A stretch of DNA of 64,000 bases from Saprospiraceae bacterium (GTDB taxonomy: Bacteria > Bacteroidota > Bacteroidia > Chitinophagales > Saprospiraceae), in the NCBI GenBank assembly GCA_025055285.1, contig JANWXM010000014.1:21043-85042 (forward strand), written 5' to 3'. Positions 1 through 9,716 of the stretch are shown piece after piece (the first letter of the stretch is position 1; every line of letters begins with the position of its first letter). The translations under genes and the position numbers were made by a program. The notes under the pieces are model-generated. The model did no database searches. It was not told the origin of the DNA and was given only the letters and a program-made list of their open reading frames with translations.

Positions 1-10
1 ACGGCAATAG

Positions 11-868
11 ATGGAAAAAGAACAAAACTCGGCACGTGCGACAGCGCTAGAGCATACCTCTACTTACAGGCTCGAGGCCATTTATATCTATCCCATTAAA
101 TCGCTAGGAGGTATATCCTGCCAGCAAGCGCGTCTAAAGTTGCATGGATTGCAATACGATCGCCGTTGGATGCTAGTTGACGCCGGAGGACAGTTTATTA
201 GCCAGCGCGAATATCCTATTTTGGCTCAATTGGGTACAGCCATAGATGCTGACAACTTGCTCGTTTTTGAAAAACACAACCCTAAAAACCGTATCCATAT
301 TCCTCTTGTCTTTGCTGATTTACCTCAAACTTCCGTACAAATATGGAGCAATCGCTGCCGCGCATACCTGTATGATGAGGCTACTTGTCAATGGTTCTCT
401 GACTTTTTGCACCAGCGCGTCCGCTTAGTTCGCATGCCCGATGAAGCCGTTCGCTACGCCGACGGACGCTACGCACCCCCTCAAACACCTGTGAGCTTTG
501 CTGATGGGTTCCCATACCTCCTCATTGGCCAGGCATCGCTAGACGACCTCAACCGCCGCCTAGCGCAACCCATTCCAATGAATCGCTTTCGACCCAATTT
601 CATCTTCAGTGGTGGGCTTCCTTACGAGGAGGACACGTGGAGGAGTTTCTACGTTGGAAATGCTCGATTTTTGGCCGTGAAGCCCTGTGCTCGTTGCATA
701 GTAGTGACAATCGACCAGCAGACGGGTGCCTACAGCCCTGAGCCATTGCAAACACTAGCAACCTACCGCCAACGCGACCGCCGAATTCTTTTTGGGCAAA
801 ATGTCGTATGGACAGGTGAAGGCAATGACCTCGTATGCGTTGGCATGGAGTTGACAAGGGCGCATTAA
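11..868 (+). CDS. MOSC domain-containing protein (YcbX-like, no ferredoxin domain)
   Basis: 285-aa ORF. N-terminal beta-barrel motifs IYPIKSLGG and DRRWMLVD. C-terminal RFRPN...PCARC...QQTG core typical of MOSC proteins. Confidence 0.85.
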   Translation: MEKEQNSARATALEHTSTYRLEAIYIYPIKSLGGISCQQARLKLHGLQYDRRWMLVDAGGQFISQREYPILAQLGTAIDADNLLVFEKHNPKNRIHIPLVFADLPQTSVQIWSNRCRAYLYDEATCQWFSDFLHQRVRLVRMPDEAVRYADGRYAPPQTPVSFADGFPYLLIGQASLDDLNRRLAQPIPMNRFRPNFIFSGGLPYEEDTWRSFYVGNARFLAVKPCARCIVVTIDQQTGAYSPEPLQTLATYRQRDRRILFGQNVVWTGEGNDLVCVGMELTRAH

Positions 869-1189
869 TGCAAGTTTCATAGGCCTACTACACGAGGGAT
901 GTTTCTTTGGGAAGTTCTCCGCCCAACTTGATAGCAAAGAGCTGTAGCGCTATGCAAAACGAGTTTTTTCCTCGGCGTTTTTCTGCGCCAGTGTTAGGAA
1001 TAAATTGAATCATTTCACTCGTAGGCGACCACGAGTTTCGCGCTGGCGAACAAGCCAATACCGGGATTATTGTTCATGTAGGAGGACGAAATGCGGGAAA
1101 ACGCCGCGCGCGTTGTAGTTTTGCGCGCGAGGGGTAGTAAGAACACAACTGCACATCTAGCGTGTGCTGCCTAGTGACTTTTACAAGAC

Positions 1190-3592
1190 ATGGTTAAATC
1201 AAGAACAAATACAACGGTATCTTTGACATCGCCCGCCATTTCAGACGCCTACCGGCAGGAAGTCCTACGCGATTATCGCATTTGCTGCATTAGCCGTGAG
1301 GCAAGCATTCTAGCGCGCAAGGAAGTACTTACGGGAAAGGCTAATTTTGGCATTATCGGCGACGGTAAAGAAGTGGCTCAAGTAGCCATGGCCAAAGCAT
1401 GGCGTAAGGGAGATTTTCGCGCCGGCTATTATCGCGACCAGACGCTGATGTTTGCCCTGGGTTTGATGACCTTAGAGGAGTTTTTTGGCCAATTGTATGG
1501 TGACCCTGAGAACGATCCCTTCTCGGGAGGGCGACAAATGAATTGTCATTTTGCCACTCCATTTCTCGAAGAAAATGGAGCATGGTTAGACCTGAAGAAC
1601 CGTTTCAATATTTCCTCTGATGTGTCGCCAACAGGCGGGCAGATGGCGCGAGCACTGGGTTTGGCATTTGCCTCTAAGAAATTCCGAGAAAACCCTGCCC
1701 TGTGCGGTCAACTATCCGACAACGGCAATGAAGTGGTGTTTTGTACCATTGGAGACGCTTCCACATCGGAGGGAGTATTTTGGGAAACGCTAAATGCTGC
1801 TGGCGTGCTGCAGGTACCTTTAGCTATTTCAGTGTGGGATGACGGCTACGGCATTTCTGTGCCCAAAAAATATCAGACGACAAAAGAAAGCATCTCAGAA
1901 GCCGCCTCGGGCTTTGAAGGTGCTGTAGACATTTATCGAGCTAAAGGTTGGGACTACCCGGGCTTGTGCCGGCTGTACACGGAGGCGATTCAAAGCATGC
2001 GTCAGACGCATCGGCCAGCGCTTTTCCACATTGAGGAGATGACACAACAGTTGGGCCACTCTACCTCGGGAGATCACCGCCGGTACAAGTCAGCTGAGCG
2101 CCTCGCTTATGAAGAGGAGTATGACTGCAACCGGCGTATGGCTCAATGGATGCTGGAGACCGGCATTGCCACAGAGGAAGAGATCGCCGCCATCCAAGCC
2201 GAAGCAAAAACAGAAGTAATGGCCGCGGCCCATCGCGCCTATCGGCACTACCACGATGCCGTAGAGGTTCAGCGAAAGAACCTTCGCACGATGCTCCGAG
2301 CCGCTGCAGAGACATATCCTCACCTCGGGCCGATCGCTCAACTGGCAAACGAGATAGACCATTTGCGCCAGCCGCTTCGTTTTGAGTTATTGCGCCTTGC
2401 TCGCCGCGCCCTGTATGCTCTAGCAAGCCAACAACATCCTGTACGCAACCAGATAATTGACTTCGTTCGCGCAGAAACACAACTAGGGCGTCGTTGGTAC
2501 AGCACTCATCTTTACAGTCAGACTCATCGGTCGGCGCTCAACGTACCTGTAGAGCCTGCTCGTTTTTCTGAAAATTCGCCCCTAAAAGATGGCTATGAAA
2601 TTCTCAATGCTTGCTTCGACGCCAACTTCGCTCGCTATCCCGAACTATTTGCTTTCGGCGAGGACGTTGGGCATATCGGCGATGTCAACCAAGGCATGCG
2701 CGGCATGCAACAGAAATATGGCATAGAACGCGTCTTCGATACGGGTATACGCGAGTGGACCATTGTGGGCCAAGCTATCGGAATGGCTATGCGAGGCCTA
2801 CGCCCAATTGCCGAGATTCAATACCTAGACTACCTGCTTTACGGTTTGCCTGCACTTTCAGACGACCTGGCCACCGTACGTTGGCGCTCCGCCAATCGGC
2901 AAGCCGCTCCAGCTATTATTCGAACGCGAGGCCATCGGCTCGTAGGCATCTGGCACTCGGGCTCACCTATTGGCATGATGCTGGGCTCTCTGAGAGGCAT
3001 ATATCTGTGCGTTCCGCGCAATATGACTCAGGCAGCAGGCATGTACAACACCTTGCTGCAGAGTGACGACCCAGCCATCGTCATCGAATGCCTTAATGGA
3101 TACCGCCTGAAAGAACGCTTGCCCGATAACATTGGAACCTTTACCGTGCCACTTGGCGTACCCGAAATCATCCGTCTGGGCACCGACGTCACGCTCATCA
3201 CTTATGGCTCTTGTGTGCGTGTAGCCGAGGAAGCGTGCGAATTGCTGGCCCATCAGGGCATCTCGGTAGAATTAATAGACGTGCAAACCCTCCTTCCTTT
3301 CGACTTGCCTCACTTGTGTCTCAAGTCAATTCAGAAAACCAATCGCGTCGTTTTCCTAGACGAAGATTTCAAAGGAGGCGCCAGCGCATACATGCTCCAG
3401 CAAGTCCTCGAGACACAAGGTGCCTATCGCTACCTGGACTCTGCTCCCGTCACCATTACCGCCCCCGACCACCGGCCTGCCTATGGCCAAGACGGCGATT
3501 ACTTTAGCAAACCTCAAGTAGAGGACGTTTTTGAAGCCATCTATCTCCTCATGCGAGAGTGTGAGCCAGCTAAATTCCCGCCACTCCACTGA
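1190..3592 (+). CDS. TPP-dependent 2-oxoacid dehydrogenase E1 component, fused alpha/beta subunits
   Basis: 800-aa ORF. The N-terminal half looks like E1-alpha (TIGDASTSEGVFWE). The C-terminal half looks like E1-beta/transketolase-like (FDTGIREWTIVGQAIGMA, IDVQTLLPFD). Single-chain alpha/beta fusions are common in Bacteroidota. Confidence 0.85.
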   Translation: MVKSRTNTTVSLTSPAISDAYRQEVLRDYRICCISREASILARKEVLTGKANFGIIGDGKEVAQVAMAKAWRKGDFRAGYYRDQTLMFALGLMTLEEFFGQLYGDPENDPFSGGRQMNCHFATPFLEENGAWLDLKNRFNISSDVSPTGGQMARALGLAFASKKFRENPALCGQLSDNGNEVVFCTIGDASTSEGVFWETLNAAGVLQVPLAISVWDDGYGISVPKKYQTTKESISEAASGFEGAVDIYRAKGWDYPGLCRLYTEAIQSMRQTHRPALFHIEEMTQQLGHSTSGDHRRYKSAERLAYEEEYDCNRRMAQWMLETGIATEEEIAAIQAEAKTEVMAAAHRAYRHYHDAVEVQRKNLRTMLRAAAETYPHLGPIAQLANEIDHLRQPLRFELLRLARRALYALASQQHPVRNQIIDFVRAETQLGRRWYSTHLYSQTHRSALNVPVEPARFSENSPLKDGYEILNACFDANFARYPELFAFGEDVGHIGDVNQGMRGMQQKYGIERVFDTGIREWTIVGQAIGMAMRGLRPIAEIQYLDYLLYGLPALSDDLATVRWRSANRQAAPAIIRTRGHRLVGIWHSGSPIGMMLGSLRGIYLCVPRNMTQAAGMYNTLLQSDDPAIVIECLNGYRLKERLPDNIGTFTVPLGVPEIIRLGTDVTLITYGSCVRVAEEACELLAHQGISVELIDVQTLLPFDLPHLCLKSIQKTNRVVFLDEDFKGGASAYMLQQVLETQGAYRYLDSAPVTITAPDHRPAYGQDGDYFSKPQVEDVFEAIYLLMRECEPAKFPPLH

Positions 3593-4075
3593 GAAGAATT
3601 TTCACTTTTGAGCCAAAGATGCACAAAAGATAAGAGCATGCACACACCTTCAGCCTTTTAGGATGAAGCATCATACACAAGGCCTCAAACCACCCTAACT
3701 ATTTCCACTTGCGGCAAGGTAAAACAGTAAAAACTGCTGCTTTAAAAGCTTCTTGATCGTCACTCTTCCAACCGACATCGTGGATAAAGAAGAGGCCGCT
3801 GATATATTTAATTTAACTGTAGTTGTCTTTCTGACCGCACCCCAAACTGAACTTTCAAGAAATAGGAGACTGATAATCAGCTGTAAATAACAACAAACTC
3901 TCTTACGACTGAAGAACTAGAGAAACTTCTTTGAGCCTTTACTCAAGAAACGCGTACTCTTTTTAAAATTTCTCGCACAAACTTCGTGAACTTCCGCTGC
4001 CTCTGATAGTTTTGATGCAGATACAAAGAGTTTGCCTCTTCCCTTTTTAAACAAACCTTAACTCGCTAGCGCGTC

Positions 4076-5422
4076 ATGTCAAAAACAGTTACGGGCTTTT
4101 CAAAATGGAGCAAGGTAGCAAAAATCGAGTGGCTTGTTGAAAATTTCTTCTCCGATCCGGCTGATGCAAAAGCGACGTTCATAGCGTGGCAACGGCCAGA
4201 AGAAGAGCAAAAAATCCTCGATAGTTTTACAGAGAATGCCATTAGTAATTATGCCTTGCCTTTTAGCGTAGCGCCCAATTTCCTCATTAATGGTAAAGTA
4301 TATGCCGTTCCCATGGTCATCGAGGAAAGCAGCGTGGTTGCTGCTGCCTCAAGCGCAGCGCGTTTCTGGTTGGAGCGCGGCGGTTTTCATGCTGAAGTTC
4401 TAGGTACAGTTAAATTAGGCCAGATTCATTTCCGTTGGAAAGGATGTGCAGGGCGCCTTCGAGCTTTATTTCCTCATTTAGAGGCTCATTTGAAAAATAG
4501 CTGTGATGATCTGACTACCAACATGCGCCAGCGCGGGGGAGGCATTTTAGACATAGCTCTTCATGACTTTACCGATCTTGAGCCTAACTACTACCAGCTG
4601 CGGGTATCGTTTGAGACTTGCGATAGCATGGGAGCCAACTTCATCAACTCCGTCTTAGAACGCATGGGAGATGCGCTAGAAAACTTCGTAGAAACGGCTC
4701 CTGGCCTGACAGACGTAGAGCGCGACATAGAGGTAATCATGTGCATTCTCTCGAACTATACGCCTGACTGTTTGGTGCGTGCATGGGTAGAAAGCCCGGT
4801 AAACGAATTAGAAGAGCTTGCCCAACACGCCGGGCTTCCGGGCCATGCTGCTGTAGAGCGCTTTTGTACAGCTGTCCGGATCGCTCAAATCGACCCTTAT
4901 CGAGCGGTTACACACAACAAGGGCATTTTCAATGGCATAGATGCTGTAGTCATTGCAACTGGCAATGATTTTCGCGCCATAGAAGCGTGTGGGCACGCCT
5001 ACGCTTGTCGAAGCGGTCAATATCGAAGCCTAAGTCATGCTGAAGTGAAGGATGGCTTGTTTCGCTTTGAGTTAAAGGTGCCACTCGCTGTTGGCACTGT
5101 GGGCGGTCTGACGGGCTTGCACCCGATGGCCAAGCGGGCACTAGAAATGCTGGGTAACCCCTCAGCGACGGAATTGATGACCATTATTGCTGCCGTAGGG
5201 CTAGCTCAAAACTTCGCTGCAGTACGCTCTTTAGTAACTACAGGTATTCAAGAAGGGCATATGCGCATGCATTTAAATAATATTCTTCTTCACCTTGGAG
5301 CAACTGAAGCCGAAAGCCTCGCCGCCCGAAGCTATTTCCAAGGTCGCACAATCAGCTATAGCAGCGTACGTGCTTTCCTAGAAAAATTGAGGTCAGCGGT
5401 ACCAGCTCAATCGAGGGTATAG
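4076..5422 (+). CDS. Hydroxymethylglutaryl-CoA reductase, class II (degradative-type fold)
   Basis: 448-aa ORF with ENAISNYALPF, VPMVIEESSVVAAAS, DSMGANFIN, HNKGIFNGIDAV, GNDFRA, GTVGG and QEGHMRMH. These cover the catalytic Glu/Lys/Asp/His regions of class II HMGR. Confidence 0.85.
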   Translation: MSKTVTGFSKWSKVAKIEWLVENFFSDPADAKATFIAWQRPEEEQKILDSFTENAISNYALPFSVAPNFLINGKVYAVPMVIEESSVVAAASSAARFWLERGGFHAEVLGTVKLGQIHFRWKGCAGRLRALFPHLEAHLKNSCDDLTTNMRQRGGGILDIALHDFTDLEPNYYQLRVSFETCDSMGANFINSVLERMGDALENFVETAPGLTDVERDIEVIMCILSNYTPDCLVRAWVESPVNELEELAQHAGLPGHAAVERFCTAVRIAQIDPYRAVTHNKGIFNGIDAVVIATGNDFRAIEACGHAYACRSGQYRSLSHAEVKDGLFRFELKVPLAVGTVGGLTGLHPMAKRALEMLGNPSATELMTIIAAVGLAQNFAAVRSLVTTGIQEGHMRMHLNNILLHLGATEAESLAARSYFQGRTISYSSVRAFLEKLRSAVPAQSRV

Positions 5423-7746
5423 TTAACACCTATCCGCATCAGTCGGCGAGGTTGAGGGTTGTACAACAGATCCTCTATCGTTTGCGTCGCGTCTATGCCT
5501 GCATATCGTTGATTGAGCAAATTGCGCACCTCAAGGTAAGCGGAAAAATACGTGGTTATAAAAAGGCGAAGAGAGGTATCTACGGTATCAAAATTAGGTA
5601 GAGTTAAAGGCGTGCTCGAACGTTGGTATACCTCAGGGTAAGCTACCGCACTGCTGCTGATATTTGCTCCACGTAGGTAAAAAACGTTCATTTCCCACTT
5701 TCGGCCATAACCAAATAAGCGCAATTGCGCTAGCTGGTGTGGCCAATTGCGCACGTTGCTCAGCTTTAGGCTGCGAAGGTCGAGCCATTCTTGACCTCGG
5801 CTGTATTGAAAAGCAAACTCAGCACGAACAATGACCTCATTTTTATCTAGCTCTTCTTGAGGGCGATAAGACGGAAAGAAAGCAGACTTTAACACGGCTT
5901 GTACGCCACCCAAGCGCATGGCCAGGCCAGGCGTTTGTGCAAAACCATATTGCCAACTACTGGGCTCAAAGTTTAAACGACCGTTTTGAAAAAGATGTCG
6001 AGCCTCCTGATAAAAAGCAATTACTTCGAAGGAAAACCATTTAGGACGCATACTTAATGCAGCCTCTATAGTGCGAACGCGTTCTGGCTGACTAGGAACC
6101 AGTCCGATGGCCAGGAGCGGTCGAGCATCTTCCGGCCCGTTTTCTGCTAGCCGATAAGTGCGCGCGAGGCGAAATGCCAACGGGCGCTGAAAGCCCTCTG
6201 CGTATGCTAAACGCACAGCCCACACACTGTCAAAACTATAGCGAAGAGCCAGCCGAGGAGCCAATATAGGCTTGCCATCAGTGATGGTATGAAGTGCTGC
6301 GCCGCCCACAGCGAAAGTGCGGCGAGTTCGCCAACTGCCCTGAAAAAAGACGTTTACATCGGCAAACGCTCGACTGCTTACTGGAAAAGGAAAATTTGCC
6401 GGAGGAGTACTCCTGCCATTGAAGGAAATGGCTACCGGCGTGCGAAAATAGCCCATAGGAGGCACTCCGCTAGCTGTACTCGCCTGCAAACCTGCGTCTA
6501 GATGGATCTGACGCGCTAGGGCAACATGTAAGCGCGACTCAAGGCGCAAATCTATACTTTTAGCCACAAGGTATCGCTCCTCACTGGTGTAGCGTTGGGC
6601 AAGCCTCCGCAGGCGCTGACGGCGCTCTGATTCGCTAGCGGGCATTTGAACCGCGAGGAGGGCTGTAGTCAAACCATCGAATCCAGGAGCGAAAGCCGAG
6701 GAGCCATCTACAGAATAATGTACTGCCGAGAGCAAATGCGAGGTGTGCACGCGCTTGCGCGTGTGCTGAAGGCCAATAGCGAAGGTCTCTATTCTCTCGG
6801 CAATTCGAGTAGAAGGGTTAGCATAAGACGCGACCAGTGGATTGAGGCCCAAGCTACTATGTTCAAAGCGACGCATGCGGTGATACTGGAAGCGAAGCCC
6901 GCGCCAGGTAAAGTGCATGCCTAGCAACCGGCTCTCGTGTGGAATAGCTGCCGTGCGCACTGTCGAGTCCTCCGCTGTTCTAGGGCGATAGTTAGGCCAT
7001 AATGAGAGATAAGAAGTGTCAAAGCCGAAGGGTAGATAGTGTTTGGCCACGAATAGTTTTTCATCCCAGTAATAGTCTGTAGACTCGCGTACCGTGTTGC
7101 TACCATATAAACTGAAGCGAAAGCTCTTCGAGCCTTGCAACAACTTGCCGCCCAGGGTTAGGTCGAGCCGATTGAACCCAAAGTTGCCCACTGATAAGTC
7201 GGCTTTTGTGTAGACGGGTCGTTCACTTTCTCTTAAAATCAGATTAATTACGGCAGCACAAGCTCCATCGCCGTAGGTAGAAGAAGCCGGCCCAACGACT
7301 ACTTCAATGCGCTCGCATTGGCTCAGTGGCAACTGAGCTCCAATGGGCATGCCTGGAGCAAAGGAAGGGCGCACGGGCACGTCGTTGATAAGCACTTTGA
7401 CGTAGCCATTGCCTCGCAACCCACGCAAAAGAAAAAGTTCGCCCTCTAGAGCGTTTCCAGGTTGCGAGACGCGCACACCGGGCACAGCTCGCAATACATC
7501 GGCTAAGGTGATAAAACCATAGCGCGCTATTTCTGAAGCTGTAAACACCCATACCGTGTGAGGTAACTCTTCTACATATTCCAGTGACCGTGTAGCAGTT
7601 ACAGCAACTTGCGCAGGCACCTCTGTCCTCCGTACCCGAACGTTAGTATCGGAAAGAACTTCTGGAATCAGGGAAAGGGCTGTATCTTTTTGACCCATCA
7701 AGGCACTGCCTGCCATCACGAGATAACTACAAACAATTGTTCGCAT
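5407..7746 (-). CDS. TonB-dependent outer membrane receptor
   Basis: 779-aa ORF with a signal-like N-terminus and a plug-domain region (ADVLRAVPGVRVSQPG ... LINDVPV ... IEVVVGPASSTYG). A long beta-rich barrel follows, ending RIGVNYTLD. Its 3' end overlaps the convergent HMGR gene by 16 nt. Confidence 0.75.
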   Translation of the reverse strand: MRTIVCSYLVMAGSALMGQKDTALSLIPEVLSDTNVRVRRTEVPAQVAVTATRSLEYVEELPHTVWVFTASEIARYGFITLADVLRAVPGVRVSQPGNALEGELFLLRGLRGNGYVKVLINDVPVRPSFAPGMPIGAQLPLSQCERIEVVVGPASSTYGDGACAAVINLILRESERPVYTKADLSVGNFGFNRLDLTLGGKLLQGSKSFRFSLYGSNTVRESTDYYWDEKLFVAKHYLPFGFDTSYLSLWPNYRPRTAEDSTVRTAAIPHESRLLGMHFTWRGLRFQYHRMRRFEHSSLGLNPLVASYANPSTRIAERIETFAIGLQHTRKRVHTSHLLSAVHYSVDGSSAFAPGFDGLTTALLAVQMPASESERRQRLRRLAQRYTSEERYLVAKSIDLRLESRLHVALARQIHLDAGLQASTASGVPPMGYFRTPVAISFNGRSTPPANFPFPVSSRAFADVNVFFQGSWRTRRTFAVGGAALHTITDGKPILAPRLALRYSFDSVWAVRLAYAEGFQRPLAFRLARTYRLAENGPEDARPLLAIGLVPSQPERVRTIEAALSMRPKWFSFEVIAFYQEARHLFQNGRLNFEPSSWQYGFAQTPGLAMRLGGVQAVLKSAFFPSYRPQEELDKNEVIVRAEFAFQYSRGQEWLDLRSLKLSNVRNWPHQLAQLRLFGYGRKWEMNVFYLRGANISSSAVAYPEVYQRSSTPLTLPNFDTVDTSLRLFITTYFSAYLEVRNLLNQRYAGIDATQTIEDLLYNPQPRRLMRIGVNYTLD

Positions 7747-7884
7747 GCGATAAGGCGCTATTTGCGCGCTAAATGAACAAAGAAAACCTCATTCTCTGCT
7801 TCAGCGCACCTCCCGCTACCACCAAAAAACTTTGTTCTAAACGCAATCTGGCAAAGCACTTGACAAGAAAGCAGCAAGCAAAGC

Positions 7885-9219
7885 TTATCCCGAGATTTTC
7901 ACATTAGGAGGACATGTCGGACAATAACACGGTGGGTTGAGCACAATGGTAGTGGGTTCGGAAGGAATAATGAATTCACATACGTCAAATAAACCTAAGC
8001 GACCGGTATCGTCTGGAAGGGCCAACTTAATTTCTACGTTTTGCGGACGACCTATCTTGCGCAAGGCGAGAACAAGCGGTTGACCCGCAGGCGGAATAGG
8101 CAAACCCGTGAGTTGGCCGTCTACATATACTTGAATCTTATTGCGATAGCGGTCGAGCCCTTTGTCTAAATTCAAATAGACCAAAACATCGCGACACGCA
8201 CAAACAGCCGATAGTTCAAGCAAGGGTCGGTCGGCACGACCACTTGCCTCACACTCACAATTGGCGTCGCCTAGTCGCACTGTGATCGGCTGGTTGTTTC
8301 GCTTCGTCCAGAAGACAATTCGCATACCATTGTCTTCGGTATTGTAATCCCGCTGGCGTTTGTCGTTTACATATACCCAAGGATTCTCTAATCGCCGAGG
8401 TAATGTGATGACGACCTTTGTAGACTTGTTGTTTAAACCCTCTATCCTAGCAATATTTCGAGGAGCGGGAGCATCATTTCTAGAATACACCTGTGGTGAT
8501 AAGGAACCTATAGAAGTTTTGTCTAGCTGTCCGGGGTCCACTGTACGCGGGCTTATCCTCCCGCCCTGAGGCTGCGGCATAAGCGTGGCGCCTCTGTTTA
8601 TTCGACCGTTGTAAGCATATACCATTGGCTCGTGTTCCTGCCCGTATGCATCTAACACTCGAAACGTATGATCTCGGGTCGTCTCACAAAAAGGGATAAC
8701 GTACCGATGATATCCTATGCGCGTGCCTTTGAGCAGATATTTCCCATCTACAACGACGAGGACGGTGTCGGCATCCGCAGGAAATTCTAAATAGGTGCGG
8801 CAATTGCTCACTGGGCTTGTGCGAGGCTCTCCTGTGCGGTCGTTGTGAATTTGATATAGCTCTAACGGGACGAACATAACATCTCGACGCACAGTGCCAA
8901 TAAAATCCAGTTCTCCATCTTCTACAATGAGTGGCTTGGGAAACTCAATATCGCGAGAGTCTATTTTCAATTTAATCATCCGCCGATCGAAGGGGTCTAT
9001 CTCAAAAGTCATCCTACCCGTGAAAAAGAGCGCCGGTGAACGAAACTCATGGTTGGGAGCAAAGGCGAATTTTATTTCTTGTTCGACCGAAGTGCTTAAA
9101 TAATACCATGTTCCTCCGATTATACCAGCGATGAGGAGCAGCGATATTGTAAGAAGAATGTTTCGGCGCGAGCGCTTAGATGAAGACGGAGTAGGAAGCG
9201 AGGCAATTTGATTTTCCAT
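7885..9219 (-). CDS. Hypothetical N-terminally membrane-anchored protein with a Cys-rich C-terminal part
   Basis: The listed ORF starts at 9357. I prefer the internal ATG at 9219 (MENQIASLPTPSSSKRSRRNILLTISLLLIAGIIGG), which gives a short basic tail followed by one TM helix. I recognise no family. Confidence 0.5.
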   Translation of the reverse strand: MENQIASLPTPSSSKRSRRNILLTISLLLIAGIIGGTWYYLSTSVEQEIKFAFAPNHEFRSPALFFTGRMTFEIDPFDRRMIKLKIDSRDIEFPKPLIVEDGELDFIGTVRRDVMFVPLELYQIHNDRTGEPRTSPVSNCRTYLEFPADADTVLVVVDGKYLLKGTRIGYHRYVIPFCETTRDHTFRVLDAYGQEHEPMVYAYNGRINRGATLMPQPQGGRISPRTVDPGQLDKTSIGSLSPQVYSRNDAPAPRNIARIEGLNNKSTKVVITLPRRLENPWVYVNDKRQRDYNTEDNGMRIVFWTKRNNQPITVRLGDANCECEASGRADRPLLELSAVCACRDVLVYLNLDKGLDRYRNKIQVYVDGQLTGLPIPPAGQPLVLALRKIGRPQNVEIKLALPDDTGRLGLFDVCEFIIPSEPTTIVLNPPCYCPTCPPNVKISG

Positions 9220-9716
9220 AAAAGCAAGGCAGTAAGGTGAAAGGTTTTCATTTGCGCGTGTAAAGGTAGAAAAAATGGCTAAAAATGGACAATTATCCGC
9301 CCAACGCGCGCATGTTCTCCTTCCATTCGAAGTGAGACGCCTAACGGAAACTCGCACAGTTATGTTCCCTGCATGAGCACCTCACATCCCCGACAACTGC
9401 TCAAGAGCACTGAAGTGAAGAAGCCGCGCTATGCCACTGCGCCTTATAGTTTCCCGAGGGATAAACGCCAAGGAAGGACCATTCAGAGAGGCAAAAAGCT
9501 CAGCAGAAACTCGGTAAATGCCACGAAGTCCTGCAATAGAATGGTCAATAGAACAATACAGCACGCATCCCAAAAAACACCATAGCTGCTCTTAGTCATC
9601 GACCTTGCAGTGTTGCAGAGGACGCAAAGACCAGCGCGCTGCAAGGGAGCAAAAACTCCTGATTTTTATGGCTATGCGTATGCTCTTCGAAAGGCAGCCG
9701 ATTTTTGCGCGGTTAT

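Noticed and set aside
2061-3589. Multiple 60-150-aa ORFs in alternative frames within the E1 dehydrogenase gene.
   Set aside because: Their composition is Arg/Ser/Pro-rich, which is artefactual. They have no motifs and are fully nested in a strongly supported gene.
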